Both the position numbers and the translations under genes were made by a program. Below are positions 17,009 through 26,589 of a DNA stretch of 51,481 nucleotides, in pieces. The number at the start of each line of letters is the position of its first letter. The first letter of the stretch is position 1. The stretch is from positions 1 to 51,481 of IMG/VR virus record IMGVR_UViG_3300031259_000021, one strand, 5' to 3'. The DNA comes from a virus (taxonomy: Duplodnaviria > Caudoviricetes). The notes under the pieces are model-generated. The model did not search any database. It saw only the letters and a list, made by a program, of their open reading frames with translations, and was not told where the DNA came from.

Positions 17009-17526
17009 TGACCTACACCCCCTCCATCACCACATCCCAGGTCTTCACCGGCCTGAAGGCGTGGCTCATGGATGCCCTGGGACTTGGGTCGGCCTCTGTG
17101 GTCCAGGAGCTGCAGAACCGCGCGGCCGCTCCGAAAGCTGGGTTCGTCAACATGCTCCACAAGATGCAGAAGCGGCTGGGTGCGAACACGGTCGACTACA
17201 GCGGGCCCGACGAGACGGTCACCACCACCAAGCCCACGGACTTCCAGATCCAGGTGGACAGCTATGGGACCGCCGCTGGCGACTGGGCCACGGTGATCGC
17301 CGGTATGTGGAACTCCCCGCTCGCCATCGCCTTCCTCGCGCCCTATGGCCTCGTCCCGCTCTGGGCCGACGACCCCGTTGAGCTGTCCATCGTCAACGGT
17401 GAGGCGCAGTACGAGGAGCGCTGGGTGACCGTGCTCCACATGCAGTTCAACCCCGCCCTCACAGCGGCCCAGACGTTCCTGACCAAGCCCAGCATCACCA
17501 TCCTCGACATCCTCACCAAGCCCTAG
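17008..17526 (+). CDS. Tail terminator/neck protein
   Basis: QVD.YG, PL.ADD and NGEAQYEERW..QFNP motifs; directly before the sheath. Confidence 0.72.
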   Translation: MTYTPSITTSQVFTGLKAWLMDALGLGSASVVQELQNRAAAPKAGFVNMLHKMQKRLGANTVDYSGPDETVTTTKPTDFQIQVDSYGTAAGDWATVIAGMWNSPLAIAFLAPYGLVPLWADDPVELSIVNGEAQYEERWVTVLHMQFNPALTAAQTFLTKPSITILDILTKP

Positions 17527-17536
17527 GAGGCCGCCC

Positions 17537-19237
17537 TTGTCCATTCCTGTCAAACAGCTCATCAGCGTGACGCCCAGCGTGGTCTCCGGCGGCGGCGTCG
17601 CCGAGACCCTCAACGGCGTCCTCCTCAGCCAGAATCCCTCCCTGCCGGTGGGCACCCCCCTGTCGTTCCCCAACCTGGCCGCAGTGCTGGCGTTCTTCGG
17701 GAACTACAGCTGCAACTTCACCGGCACCTGCGCCGGCAACACCCTCACCGTGACTCAGACCATTTCCGGGGCCCTCGCGGTGGGCCAGCAGATCCAAGGC
17801 GCCCAGGCCGTCGGCGTGCCCCCCGGGAGCACCATCACCGCGCTGGGAACCTACAGCAGCGTCACCGGTATCGGCACCGTGACCATTTCCGGCCCGGGTT
17901 TCACGCAGGCGACCAGCTCCCCGATGACCAGCAACTGCCTGGAATACCAGATGGCCCAGGTCTACTTCGCCGGCTTCACCATCGGCACCCAGACCCCCCA
18001 GGCCCTGATTTTCTACCGCTACGCCACCGCCGCCTGCTCCGCGTTCCTGACCGGGGCCGCCATGGGGTTGACCCTGGCCCAGGTGCAGGCAATCGTGACC
18101 GGATCCCTCACCGTCACGGTGGACGGCACGGTCAAGACTGCGGCGGCCGTGAACCTCAGCACGGCCACCAGCCTCAGCAACGCGGCCGCCCTGCTCACCA
18201 CCGCCCTGAGCCTCACCGGGGGCGCCGCGGTCACCTACAACAGCCTGTTCGGCGCGTTCGTGATCACCTCCGGGACCACCGGAGCGACCTCGACCATGAC
18301 CTACGCCACCGGCACCCTGGCCGCGACGCTCGGCCTGGCCTCGGGCAACGCGGGCACCCTCTCGCAGGGCTCCGCCGCCATGACCCCCGCGGCCGCCATG
18401 ACCGCCCTGGTCGCGCAGACCGCGAACTGGGCCGGCTTCAGCCATTGCTTCGAACCAATCGACACGGATAAGCAGGCCTTCGCTACCTGGACGGCCGGCT
18501 ACCCCACCCAGTTCTATTATGTGCCCTATTCCACGGACGCCACCGCCCGCGGCACTTCCGGCAGCTATGTCGGATTCGGCTACTGGCTGAAGCAGAATGC
18601 CGTCCAGGGAACCTGCTGCTTCCTTACCCCGTTCGAGTCAGCCTTCGAGCTGAGCCTTTCCGCCTCGACGAACTACGGCGTGAGCAACGGCCGGATCGAC
18701 CACCAGTTCAAGACCCCGAACGCGGTCCTCACCCCCAGCGTCACGGATGCCGTCACCGCGGCCAACGTCGTGGCCAACGGCCTCAACTACGTCGGGACCT
18801 ACGCCACCGCCGCCACCCAGTGGAACATCCTCTACCCGGGCCAGATCTCCGGTCCGTTCGCCCAGATCGGCTGCTATGTGGATGCCATCTGGCTCAACGC
18901 CAACATTCAGCTGGCCGAGATGAACATGTTCACCGGCGCGAACAGCATGCCCAACGACCCCACCGGCTACGCGCTGATCAAGGCGGCCTGCAAGTCCCTG
19001 TTCGCCCAGGCCCTTAAGGCCGGGGTGATCCAGACCGGCGTGGCCCTCACCAGCACGCAGCAGGCCCTGGTCAATACCCAGGCTGGCCAGAACATCGCCG
19101 GGACCCTGTCCACCGTCGGCTGGTTCTTCCAGGTCAACCCGGCGCCGTCGCCGTCGTCCACTCCGCCCTGCCTGTTCTGGTACACGGGCGCGTTCGGCCT
19201 GACCACCCTCAACGTCGCCTCGATCTTCATCCTGTAA
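17537..19237 (+). CDS. Tail sheath protein (DUF3383-like)
   Basis: SIP...V.P.V..GG, EYQMA..YF.GF, NWAGF and G.NY.G.YAT motifs; TTG start after GGAGG. Confidence 0.85.
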   Translation: MSIPVKQLISVTPSVVSGGGVAETLNGVLLSQNPSLPVGTPLSFPNLAAVLAFFGNYSCNFTGTCAGNTLTVTQTISGALAVGQQIQGAQAVGVPPGSTITALGTYSSVTGIGTVTISGPGFTQATSSPMTSNCLEYQMAQVYFAGFTIGTQTPQALIFYRYATAACSAFLTGAAMGLTLAQVQAIVTGSLTVTVDGTVKTAAAVNLSTATSLSNAAALLTTALSLTGGAAVTYNSLFGAFVITSGTTGATSTMTYATGTLAATLGLASGNAGTLSQGSAAMTPAAAMTALVAQTANWAGFSHCFEPIDTDKQAFATWTAGYPTQFYYVPYSTDATARGTSGSYVGFGYWLKQNAVQGTCCFLTPFESAFELSLSASTNYGVSNGRIDHQFKTPNAVLTPSVTDAVTAANVVANGLNYVGTYATAATQWNILYPGQISGPFAQIGCYVDAIWLNANIQLAEMNMFTGANSMPNDPTGYALIKAACKSLFAQALKAGVIQTGVALTSTQQALVNTQAGQNIAGTLSTVGWFFQVNPAPSPSSTPPCLFWYTGAFGLTTLNVASIFIL

Positions 19238-19246
19238 GGAGCCCCC

Positions 19247-19684
19247 GTGACCCGTTCCATCACTTCGCTTGACGCGGTAATCATCCTCACCATCCCGGGG
19301 GTCTATCCCAGCGGGGTCCAGCTCCAGGGCTGGAAGACCGACGACATCTTCGACGTGGCCTCCTACAAGCCCAACATCACCCGGATGGGCGTCGACGGCG
19401 TCCTCAGCGCCGGCAAGCAGTACGCCCCCCGGGTGACGAAGATCCACCTGGAGGCCAGCTCCGAAAGCCAGCAGGTTTTCGACGAATGGATCAACGCGGA
19501 GAACACGCCGCCGGTGGATACGATCCCCGCCTCCATGACCGTGATGTTCCCGGCGAACGGCCAGGAATACAGCTGCTACCAAGGGATCCTGACCGACTAC
19601 AAGGACGCCCCCGACGGCAAGAAGGTCCTGGATCCGCTCACCTACGAGATCACCTGGGAACTGATCCAGAAGACGGCGCTGTAA
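19247..19684 (+). CDS. Tail tube protein
   Basis: SITS..LQGW..D, MGVDG.LSAG and L...S.S..FD motifs. Confidence 0.82.
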   Translation: MTRSITSLDAVIILTIPGVYPSGVQLQGWKTDDIFDVASYKPNITRMGVDGVLSAGKQYAPRVTKIHLEASSESQQVFDEWINAENTPPVDTIPASMTVMFPANGQEYSCYQGILTDYKDAPDGKKVLDPLTYEITWELIQKTAL

Positions 19685-19687
19685 GCC

Positions 19688-20188
19688 ATGCTGAAACCCG
19701 AACCCTTCACCATCGATTCCACCGGGCCCGACAAGGGCAAGGTCTTCCTGCTGACCAAAATGGACGCTTTCCGCGCCGAGAAGTGGGCGATCCGCGCGTT
19801 CCTCGCGCTCATCGAGGGCGGCGTGCAGATCCCACCGGAGCTGGCCGCCGGCGGGATGACGGCGCTGGTGTCCGAGGAGGCCATGTCGGCCATCTTCGGC
19901 GCCCTGCTGGGCGGCCTGGGCAAGCTCGACTGGACCAAGGTCGAGCCGCTCCTGGACGAGATGCTGGAGTGCATCCGGTTCATGCCTGACTCGGTGGGCA
20001 ACCCCGACTTTTCCCGCCCGCTCAACAAGGCGGCCGGGGACATCGAGGAGGTTCCCACCCTGCTCAAGCTCCGGGGCGCCGTGTTGAAGCTCCACACGGC
20101 TTTTTCTCAGGCCGTCAAGCCCTCCAGCTCGAAAGCTTCGACGGCCTCGATGGTTGCGCCAATTACGCGAATGTCCCGCCGCGCATAG
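19688..20188 (+). CDS. Tail assembly chaperone (gpG-like)
   Basis: DKGKVF.LT.M.A..AEKWA.RA and DIEEV.TL..LR motifs; between tube and tape measure. Confidence 0.82.
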   Translation: MLKPEPFTIDSTGPDKGKVFLLTKMDAFRAEKWAIRAFLALIEGGVQIPPELAAGGMTALVSEEAMSAIFGALLGGLGKLDWTKVEPLLDEMLECIRFMPDSVGNPDFSRPLNKAAGDIEEVPTLLKLRGAVLKLHTAFSQAVKPSSSKASTASMVAPITRMSRRA

Positions 20189-20328
20189 GCGTCGTCGTCA
20201 GCCGCAAGCTGGCGACCCTTCACGAGCTCCAAACGATCTACTGCCTCGAGGACCTTTACGACATGTTGGAAATCATCGCCGTGGACAACCACAACGACAT
20301 GCTGGCCTCCAAGCGAGGGGCTGAATAA
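20101..20328 (+). CDS. -1 frameshift extension of the tail chaperone (gpGT-like), absent from the ORF track
   Basis: Open -1 frame FFSGRQ..NVPPRIGVVVSRKLATLHELQTIYCLEDLYDMLEIIAVDNHN..AE*, with no early start codon; T-run at 20101-20105; TAA overlaps the tape-measure ATG. Confidence 0.75.
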   Translation, partial: FFSGRQALQLESFDGLDGCANYANVPPRIGVVVSRKLATLHELQTIYCLEDLYDMLEIIAVDNHNDMLASKRGAE

Positions 20329-22271
20329 TGGCCACCGTTCTGGACGCCTTCCTGGTCACCCTGGGGCTCGATAACCGCGAGTTCAAGAAGGGCTCCGAAG
20401 AGGCGGAGAAGGTTTATGGAGAGCTGGTCAAGAAGGCGGCGGCCGCGGCGAAAGAGATTGTGGCGGCCGCCCAGGGCAAGACCAAGGGAGAGATCGAAGC
20501 GGCCAGGGCCTCCGCCCGGGACCTGGTCGCAGCGGCCAAGGGGAAGTCCCAGGCTGAGGTTGCCTCCGCGCGCGAATCCGCGAAGGAGATCGTGGCCGCG
20601 GCCAAGGGCAAGTCTCAGGAGGAAGTCGAGGCCGCCAAGATGGCCGCGCGGGAGATCGTCTCGGCAGCTCAGGGCAGGGGGAAGGCGGAGATCGCCGCCG
20701 CCACCGCGGCCGCCGGCCAGCTGGTCGCCACGGCCCAGGAGAAGGCGAAGGGTGAACTTGCCATCGCCAACACCGCCGCCAAGGATCGACAGGCCGTGGA
20801 AGTGAAGGCCGCCAAGGCGATCAAGGACAACCTGGTCAAGGAGACCCAGGAGGCCAACGAAAAAATCAAGAAGCAGACCGAGAAGGGGAAGGAATTCTTC
20901 AAGGAGGTAGGCGTCGCGGCCATGGAGTTCTTCGGGATCATGGCCGCGGCTGCCGGGATGGTCGAGTTCGTGAAGTCCACCCTGGAAGCCGAGGTCGGGG
21001 CCGGCCGCCTGGCCAAGACCCTGAACGTCGACGTCGAGGAGCTGGAGGCGCTGCAGGGCGCCGTCAAGCGGGTGGGTGGGACCAGCGAAGGCCTCGACGC
21101 CAGCCTGAAGGGCCTGAACAGCCGCCTGGAGATGATCGCGATTCACGGCCCGCGCTCCAAGATGGCCCTCACGGTCTTCGCCGGGCTGGGGATATCCGCC
21201 GTTTCCCTCAAGGGGAAGGATGCGATCGGCGTGCTGGGCCTGCTCTCCGAGAAGATGGCGGGCATGAGCGAGGCAAAGGCCCAGGGCCTGGGTGAACGCC
21301 TGGGGCTCGACGAAGGCACGATCCGGCTGCTGACCAAGGGCAAGGAGGGCATGGCGGCCCTGGTCGAGCATCAGAAGAAGCTCGGCGTGGCCTCCAAGGA
21401 GCAGGGCGAGCAGGCGGAAAAGCTGGAGCAGGACATGCTCGACTTCAAAGACAGCGCCTCGGCCGTGGGCCGGGAGCTGCTCTCCGCGCTGATTCCCGTC
21501 CTCTCCGGCCTGGGCAAGGGCCTGGCCAGCATCTCCGCCTGGATGGCAGAGCATGCCGAAGTGGTCAAAGCCGGGATCCTCGGCATCGCCACGGCTTTCC
21601 TGGTGGTCAACGCGAACGCGATCCTGATGGGCATCAACGCTGCCATCGCCTGGTTCATGGCCACCTGGCCATTGGCCCTGCTCGTGGCTGGGATTGCCCT
21701 GGTGGCAGGGGGCCTGTATCTCCTGGTGGGGCACTTCAAGGAGGTAGGCCACTGGGCCAACGAGACCGCCTTGAACATCGTCTTCCACCTCCTGAAGGCC
21801 TTCTTCACGGTCGAGCACGCGGCCGCCAAGATGTGGAAGGGCGTGAAACAGTCGGCCATGGCGCCCCTGGAATGGATCTGGAGCAAGCTCAAGGCCATCA
21901 TCGACATCGCCAAGCAGGAGGGCAACTTCTTCAGCGCAATCCTCCACGGAGACGTGAAGGGAGCGGTTGGCGCGGTGAAGGCGGCCGTCGGGGATGTGGC
22001 ATCTGTGGCTGGGCTCACCCCTGCCACCGCCGGCGGGCCCAGCTTGGGCACCGTGCCGGCCCGGGCCGCCGCCCCGGTCACTGCCGGCATGGCCCTGCGC
22101 CCGTCCTCCGTCTCCAACAACCACACCACGCACAGCACCAGCCGGCAGACCACCGTCACAATCGGCACCGTCACTACCCAGGCGAAGGACGCCCAGGGCC
22201 TGGCCAACGAGCTGCCGGGCGCCATCCAGTCGCACTCCTCGCTTGTCGACCAAGCGGACGGGGGGTTCTAA
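20328..22271 (+). CDS. Tape measure protein
   Basis: MATVLDAFLVTLGLD N-terminus, Ala/Lys-rich helical body, TM segments. Confidence 0.85.
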   Translation: MATVLDAFLVTLGLDNREFKKGSEEAEKVYGELVKKAAAAAKEIVAAAQGKTKGEIEAARASARDLVAAAKGKSQAEVASARESAKEIVAAAKGKSQEEVEAAKMAAREIVSAAQGRGKAEIAAATAAAGQLVATAQEKAKGELAIANTAAKDRQAVEVKAAKAIKDNLVKETQEANEKIKKQTEKGKEFFKEVGVAAMEFFGIMAAAAGMVEFVKSTLEAEVGAGRLAKTLNVDVEELEALQGAVKRVGGTSEGLDASLKGLNSRLEMIAIHGPRSKMALTVFAGLGISAVSLKGKDAIGVLGLLSEKMAGMSEAKAQGLGERLGLDEGTIRLLTKGKEGMAALVEHQKKLGVASKEQGEQAEKLEQDMLDFKDSASAVGRELLSALIPVLSGLGKGLASISAWMAEHAEVVKAGILGIATAFLVVNANAILMGINAAIAWFMATWPLALLVAGIALVAGGLYLLVGHFKEVGHWANETALNIVFHLLKAFFTVEHAAAKMWKGVKQSAMAPLEWIWSKLKAIIDIAKQEGNFFSAILHGDVKGAVGAVKAAVGDVASVAGLTPATAGGPSLGTVPARAAAPVTAGMALRPSSVSNNHTTHSTSRQTTVTIGTVTTQAKDAQGLANELPGAIQSHSSLVDQADGGF

Positions 22272-22808
22272 GTGGCAAACGGCTGGGGCATCTACGACCT
22301 GAGCGGGAACCTGGTGTTCGACGTGGACAGCGTCCTGGACCTGAAACAATCGGCCAAGGCGAAGGCCTCCTCGTTCCCCGTGGAAGAGGGGACCTTCGCC
22401 AGCTACAACAAGGTGCTGGATCCGTTCACCACCAAGGTCCGGCTGGCGGTGAACGGCCCGGACCGGGTGGCAGCATTCCAGGCAGCCCTGGATGTGGAGC
22501 TGGACTCCACCAACCTCTACAACGTAGTCACCCCCACGAAGACCTACCTCAATGTGACCCTGGAGAGCTACGACCATGACCAGACCGCCGAGAACGGCGG
22601 GGTGAGCGGCCTCGTGGTCGACCTGGCCCTGCTCCAGATCCGCGAGGTGACGCCCACCTACACCACCGTCACCGTGCCGAAGCCCAAAAACCCGACCAGC
22701 GCCTCCAACCAGACGAACGGGAAGGGGCAGGCCCAGGCACCTGCGAAGCCGCCTTCCCATCAGTGGTCGACGGTGATGGCCGAAGCTGACACGGCCGCGG
22801 GGGAATGA
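22272..22808 (+). CDS. Baseplate/tail initiator (Dit-like)
   Basis: WGIYD, S.FPVEEG.FASYNKV and Y.VVTP..Y motifs. Confidence 0.75.
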   Translation: MANGWGIYDLSGNLVFDVDSVLDLKQSAKAKASSFPVEEGTFASYNKVLDPFTTKVRLAVNGPDRVAAFQAALDVELDSTNLYNVVTPTKTYLNVTLESYDHDQTAENGGVSGLVVDLALLQIREVTPTYTTVTVPKPKNPTSASNQTNGKGQAQAPAKPPSHQWSTVMAEADTAAGE

Positions 22809-23113
22809 TGGCAAACCTATACTGCGACCTCGCCATCAACGGAGTGACCCTCTGGACGGGTGTGGTCTGCCTCAACTGCCGGCTGATCGACACGTACCCC
22901 TACCTCGGGTTCATCGGGCACCTGGCGTTCGACGATGGCCTGGGCTCCACAGATCCGCTCTACACCGGCCTCGGGCCCGGGGGCCGCTACTCGCTCCTCT
23001 ACTTCCAGGCCAGCCAGCCCGTGCTCCAGGTTCCCCTCCAGGCGGTCCCAGCCCAGCAGCTCGACGTCACGTTGGGCGGGCAGAACTGCACCATCTCCCT
23101 CTATCAGAAGTGA
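22805..23113 (+). CDS. Small baseplate (plug-like) protein
   Basis: YLGFIG.L.F.D..G..DP.Y.GLG..Y.L.Y motif. Confidence 0.7.
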   Translation: MMANLYCDLAINGVTLWTGVVCLNCRLIDTYPYLGFIGHLAFDDGLGSTDPLYTGLGPGGRYSLLYFQASQPVLQVPLQAVPAQQLDVTLGGQNCTISLYQK

Positions 23114-23117
23114 ACCC

Positions 23118-23990
23118 ATGACCCAAGGCTCCAGCTTCACCTCCAAGGTTCTGCAGGCCAACCTCACGTTGACCAGCGGGACCTTCGACGGCACCCACAA
23201 CACGGCGCAGCTCTCAGGCCTGCGCATGTCGGCTGAGATCGATAAAGGCGGACACCCATCGAAGAACAAGTTGAAGCTGAAAATCTTCGGGATGAGCCAG
23301 AACGACATGGCCAAGCTCACGACCTTGCCCGCGAAATCCGGGAAGGCCCTGGCGGTGCACAAGTCGAAGCTGCAGCTGCTGGCCGGGGACGAGTATGGTC
23401 TGGCCACGGCATTCACCGGGGAGATCACCGGGGCCTGGATCGACTACCAGAGCGCGCCCGACATGGATTTCAACATCGAGGCGATCGCCGGCTACTACCC
23501 GGCGATCGCGCCGGTGGCGCCGAAGAGCTACCAGGGCGGCGTGCCGGTGGCCCAACTCATGGAGACGCTCGCTTCCCAGATGGGCTATGCCTTCGAGAAC
23601 GCCGGCGTCACGGCCCAGCTGCACAACCCGTATCTGCCGGGGACCGCGATGCAGCAGGCGGCCGCCATCGCCGCTGCGGCGAATATCGAGTTCGGCGTGG
23701 ACGACGACACCCTGTTCATCGCCCCCCGCGGCACGGCCCGGGTCGGCAACGCCCCGCTGATCTCCGCCGCCACCGGCCTCAAGGGCTATCCGATATTTGA
23801 TAAGGAAGGACTCAAACTTGTATCCCTCTACAACCCGGGCATCAAGCTGGGCGGCCTGATCAGCGTCCAGTCCTCGATCGCCGTCGTCTGCGGCACCTGG
23901 CGGGTGCACGGGCTGAAGCATCATCTTGCCTGCCTGACCCCGGGCGGGCCCTGGGATTCCAAGGTGTCGGCCACCTGGGTGGGGAACTGA
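23118..23990 (+). CDS. Baseplate hub protein
   Basis: L.I.GM...M..L, F.G.I..A, MGY.FEN.GV and TGL.GYP motifs. Confidence 0.78.
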   Translation: MTQGSSFTSKVLQANLTLTSGTFDGTHNTAQLSGLRMSAEIDKGGHPSKNKLKLKIFGMSQNDMAKLTTLPAKSGKALAVHKSKLQLLAGDEYGLATAFTGEITGAWIDYQSAPDMDFNIEAIAGYYPAIAPVAPKSYQGGVPVAQLMETLASQMGYAFENAGVTAQLHNPYLPGTAMQQAAAIAAAANIEFGVDDDTLFIAPRGTARVGNAPLISAATGLKGYPIFDKEGLKLVSLYNPGIKLGGLISVQSSIAVVCGTWRVHGLKHHLACLTPGGPWDSKVSATWVGN

Positions 23991-23992
23991 CC

Positions 23993-24772
23993 ATGGCCGA
24001 TCAACCCGTCTATCCCCAGAAGGATCCCAGCAGCGGGAACAGCGATTTCAACCAGATCTCGTTCCTGGTCCAGATGGCCCTGGCCAAGCTGAGCGTCGCC
24101 ACCCTGGTGGAGGTGGTCGCGGTCCACCCCGGCGCCGGCCTCTTGGTCGGGTTCGTGGATGTGATGCCCATGGTCAACCAGGTGGACGGCGCCGGCCAGG
24201 CGCAGCCCCACACCACCATCTTCGGCGTGCCCTATTTCCGGGTTCAGGGCGGGGCCAACGCGGTGATCTGCGAGCCGCAGGTCAATGACATTGGCTTCGC
24301 CCTGTTCGCGGACCGGGACCTGTCCAGCGTCAAGGCCACCGGCGCCGCGGCGAACCCCGGATCCGACCGGCGCTTCGACATGGCCGACGCGCTCTACTTC
24401 GGCGGCTGGAACATGGCCGTGCAGCCGACCGCCTACGTCCAGGTGACCCAGAGCGCGATCAACCTGGTGCTGCCTGGCGGAACGAACATCGAGCTGACCC
24501 CGGGCCTCTGCACGGTCAATGCCACCGCCACCAAACTCAACGGCACCCTGGAGGTCTCCGGGAACGCCACCTTCGATCAGAACGCCATCGTGACCCAGAA
24601 CCTCACCTACGGCGGCGGGCTCAGCGGCACGGGCGCGGCGGGCGGCGGCGGGGCAACCATTTCCGGTCCCGTCACGGCCACCGGCGAAGTCCAGGGTAAC
24701 GGCAAGAAGCTCAGCACCCACACCCATTCCGGCGTCACCACTGGCGTCGGGAATACCGGAGTGCCCAACTGA
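23993..24772 (+). CDS. Baseplate spike (gpV/Gp138-like)
   Basis: VDV.P.V, PYFR.QGG.NA, DRD.S motifs; C-terminal HTHSGV metal-binding tip. Confidence 0.85.
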   Translation: MADQPVYPQKDPSSGNSDFNQISFLVQMALAKLSVATLVEVVAVHPGAGLLVGFVDVMPMVNQVDGAGQAQPHTTIFGVPYFRVQGGANAVICEPQVNDIGFALFADRDLSSVKATGAAANPGSDRRFDMADALYFGGWNMAVQPTAYVQVTQSAINLVLPGGTNIELTPGLCTVNATATKLNGTLEVSGNATFDQNAIVTQNLTYGGGLSGTGAAGGGGATISGPVTATGEVQGNGKKLSTHTHSGVTTGVGNTGVPN

Positions 24773-25122
24773 TGAACACGCTCCAGCTCAACCTCGCCAC
24801 CTGGGACCTCGAGCTCGACAGCAACGGCAACCTGGCCGTCGCCACCGGGCCCCAGGCCATCGCTCAGGACGTGGCCTCGGCCATCTCCACCTTCCTCGGC
24901 GAGGTCTACTACGACGTCACCCAGGGCCTGCCCTGGCAGTCCGAGGTGTTCGGCCAGCAGTTCTCCCCGTCCCTGGTCGGCGCCCTCATGGAACAGGCGG
25001 CGCTCACCGTCCCCGGCGTGGTTTCCGCGAAGGCATCAGGTCTGACCTTCTCGGCCGGCAAGGTCACCGGAACCATCAATTTCATCGACACAACCGGCGC
25101 GAGCCTTGGCGTCACCTTCTAG
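24772..25122 (+). CDS. Baseplate wedge protein (gp25-like)
   Basis: WDL.LD..GNLA, AQDVASAI.TFLGE.YYD and VPGV motifs. Confidence 0.78.
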   Translation: MNTLQLNLATWDLELDSNGNLAVATGPQAIAQDVASAISTFLGEVYYDVTQGLPWQSEVFGQQFSPSLVGALMEQAALTVPGVVSAKASGLTFSAGKVTGTINFIDTTGASLGVTF

Positions 25123-25131
25123 GAGCCCGCG

Positions 25132-26589
25132 ATGACCAACGTCCCACAGCCCACCCTTGGTCCCACCGGCTACGTGATCCCCTCCGAGGCCGCGATCCTG
25201 GCCGGCGTGATCCTGGACATGCAGGCCGCGTTCGGCTCCGGCTTGAATCTGTCGCTGAACAACCCCTCCAGCCTGACCACGCCCATGGGGCAGATCGCCA
25301 GCAGCCTTAGCGCGGTCATCGCCGACTGCTACGCCCAGTTCCTCGCGCTGGCCTCTCAGTTCGATCCGCAGTACGCCCAGGGGCGCAACCAGGATGCCGT
25401 CGGGAACATCTATTTTATGACCAGGATCTCAGCCCAGGGCACCCAGGTCTCCGGGAACTGCAACGGCCTGGCTGGCACGGCGATCCCGGCCGGGGTGCCG
25501 GTGGCGACGGACGGCGCCGGGAACCTCTATACCTGCCCTGGCGGCACCATCGGCGCCAGCGGGTCTCTCCCCATGGTCTTCAGCAACCAGGCGGTGGGCC
25601 CCGTGGCGTTCACCGGCCCGCTCACCATCTACCAGACCACGCCCGGGTGGGATCAGATCACCGGGGCGACCCAGACGCAGCTGGGCAACCTGGTGGAGAA
25701 TGCGCAGGCTTTCGAGGCCCGGCGCTCGGGTTCCGTGGCGGTCAATGGCTCCGGCTTCGCCGCCGCGGTGAAGGCCGCGGTGTTGGCCTCTGGTCAGGCC
25801 CTGGTGCCTCCCCAGCAGCCGACCAGCGTCTACGTCTACGACAACCCGACCTCGGCCGCGGTGGTCACCGGAGGTCTCACGCTGCCCATGAACAGCCTCT
25901 ACGTGGCGGTAGCGGGCGGGAACCCCGCGGCCATCGCCGCGGCCATCCTGACAAAGAAGGGCCCGGGCTGCAACTACGCCCCCAGCGCCATCTTCAATGC
26001 GACCGTGGCCGGCACCGCCCTGTCCGTCAACTCCCTGACCTCCGGCGTCATCGCCATCGGCCAGACCCTGATCACCAGCGCGGGCCAGCCCTACCTCAAC
26101 TCGGCCGGGGGACAGATCACCATCGCCTCGGGCAGCGGCACCGCCTGGACGCTGAGCGCTGCCCCGGGCAGTGGCAATTTCTCCGGCACCACGGTCTGGA
26201 CGGCCACGACCGTCACCACCCCCGATTCGAGCTACGCCCCGCCCCAGCCGATCTACAACGTGAGCTTCACTTTGGCGGTCGTCACCCCAGTCAACATCCA
26301 GGTCACCTTGGCGGCGATCTCCAACCCGCCCAGTAACGCGCTCGCGCTGCTGCAGGCCTCCACCGGCCTGGCCCAGGCCTTCACCGGCGCCGACGGCGGG
26401 GCCCCGGTGGCGCAGATCGGCGCGACCGTCTATGGGAGCAGGTTCTACAGCACCATCGCCGGGATCCTGCCCGCAGGGGTCACCATCCTCAGCGTGCAGG
26501 TCAGCACCGGCAGCAGCTGGGCGAACAGCCAGGCCATGAACATCAACCAGGTGCCCGCCCTCGGGACCGTCAGCCTGGTGCTCGCATGA
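25132..26589 (+). CDS. Baseplate J-like protein
   Basis: TNVP, TP.GQ.ASS, DP..A.GR.QDA, FE.RR..SVA and K.PGCNY motifs. Confidence 0.85.
   Translation: MTNVPQPTLGPTGYVIPSEAAILAGVILDMQAAFGSGLNLSLNNPSSLTTPMGQIASSLSAVIADCYAQFLALASQFDPQYAQGRNQDAVGNIYFMTRISAQGTQVSGNCNGLAGTAIPAGVPVATDGAGNLYTCPGGTIGASGSLPMVFSNQAVGPVAFTGPLTIYQTTPGWDQITGATQTQLGNLVENAQAFEARRSGSVAVNGSGFAAAVKAAVLASGQALVPPQQPTSVYVYDNPTSAAVVTGGLTLPMNSLYVAVAGGNPAAIAAAILTKKGPGCNYAPSAIFNATVAGTALSVNSLTSGVIAIGQTLITSAGQPYLNSAGGQITIASGSGTAWTLSAAPGSGNFSGTTVWTATTVTTPDSSYAPPQPIYNVSFTLAVVTPVNIQVTLAAISNPPSNALALLQASTGLAQAFTGADGGAPVAQIGATVYGSRFYSTIAGILPAGVTILSVQVSTGSSWANSQAMNINQVPALGTVSLVLA

Noticed and set aside
20256-22814. Long antisense ORFs (852 aa here, 686 aa at 14174-16234, 574 aa at 36428-38152 and others)
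   Set aside because: Shadow ORFs expected opposite high-GC3 genes; no motifs, and the other strand carries coherent phage genes
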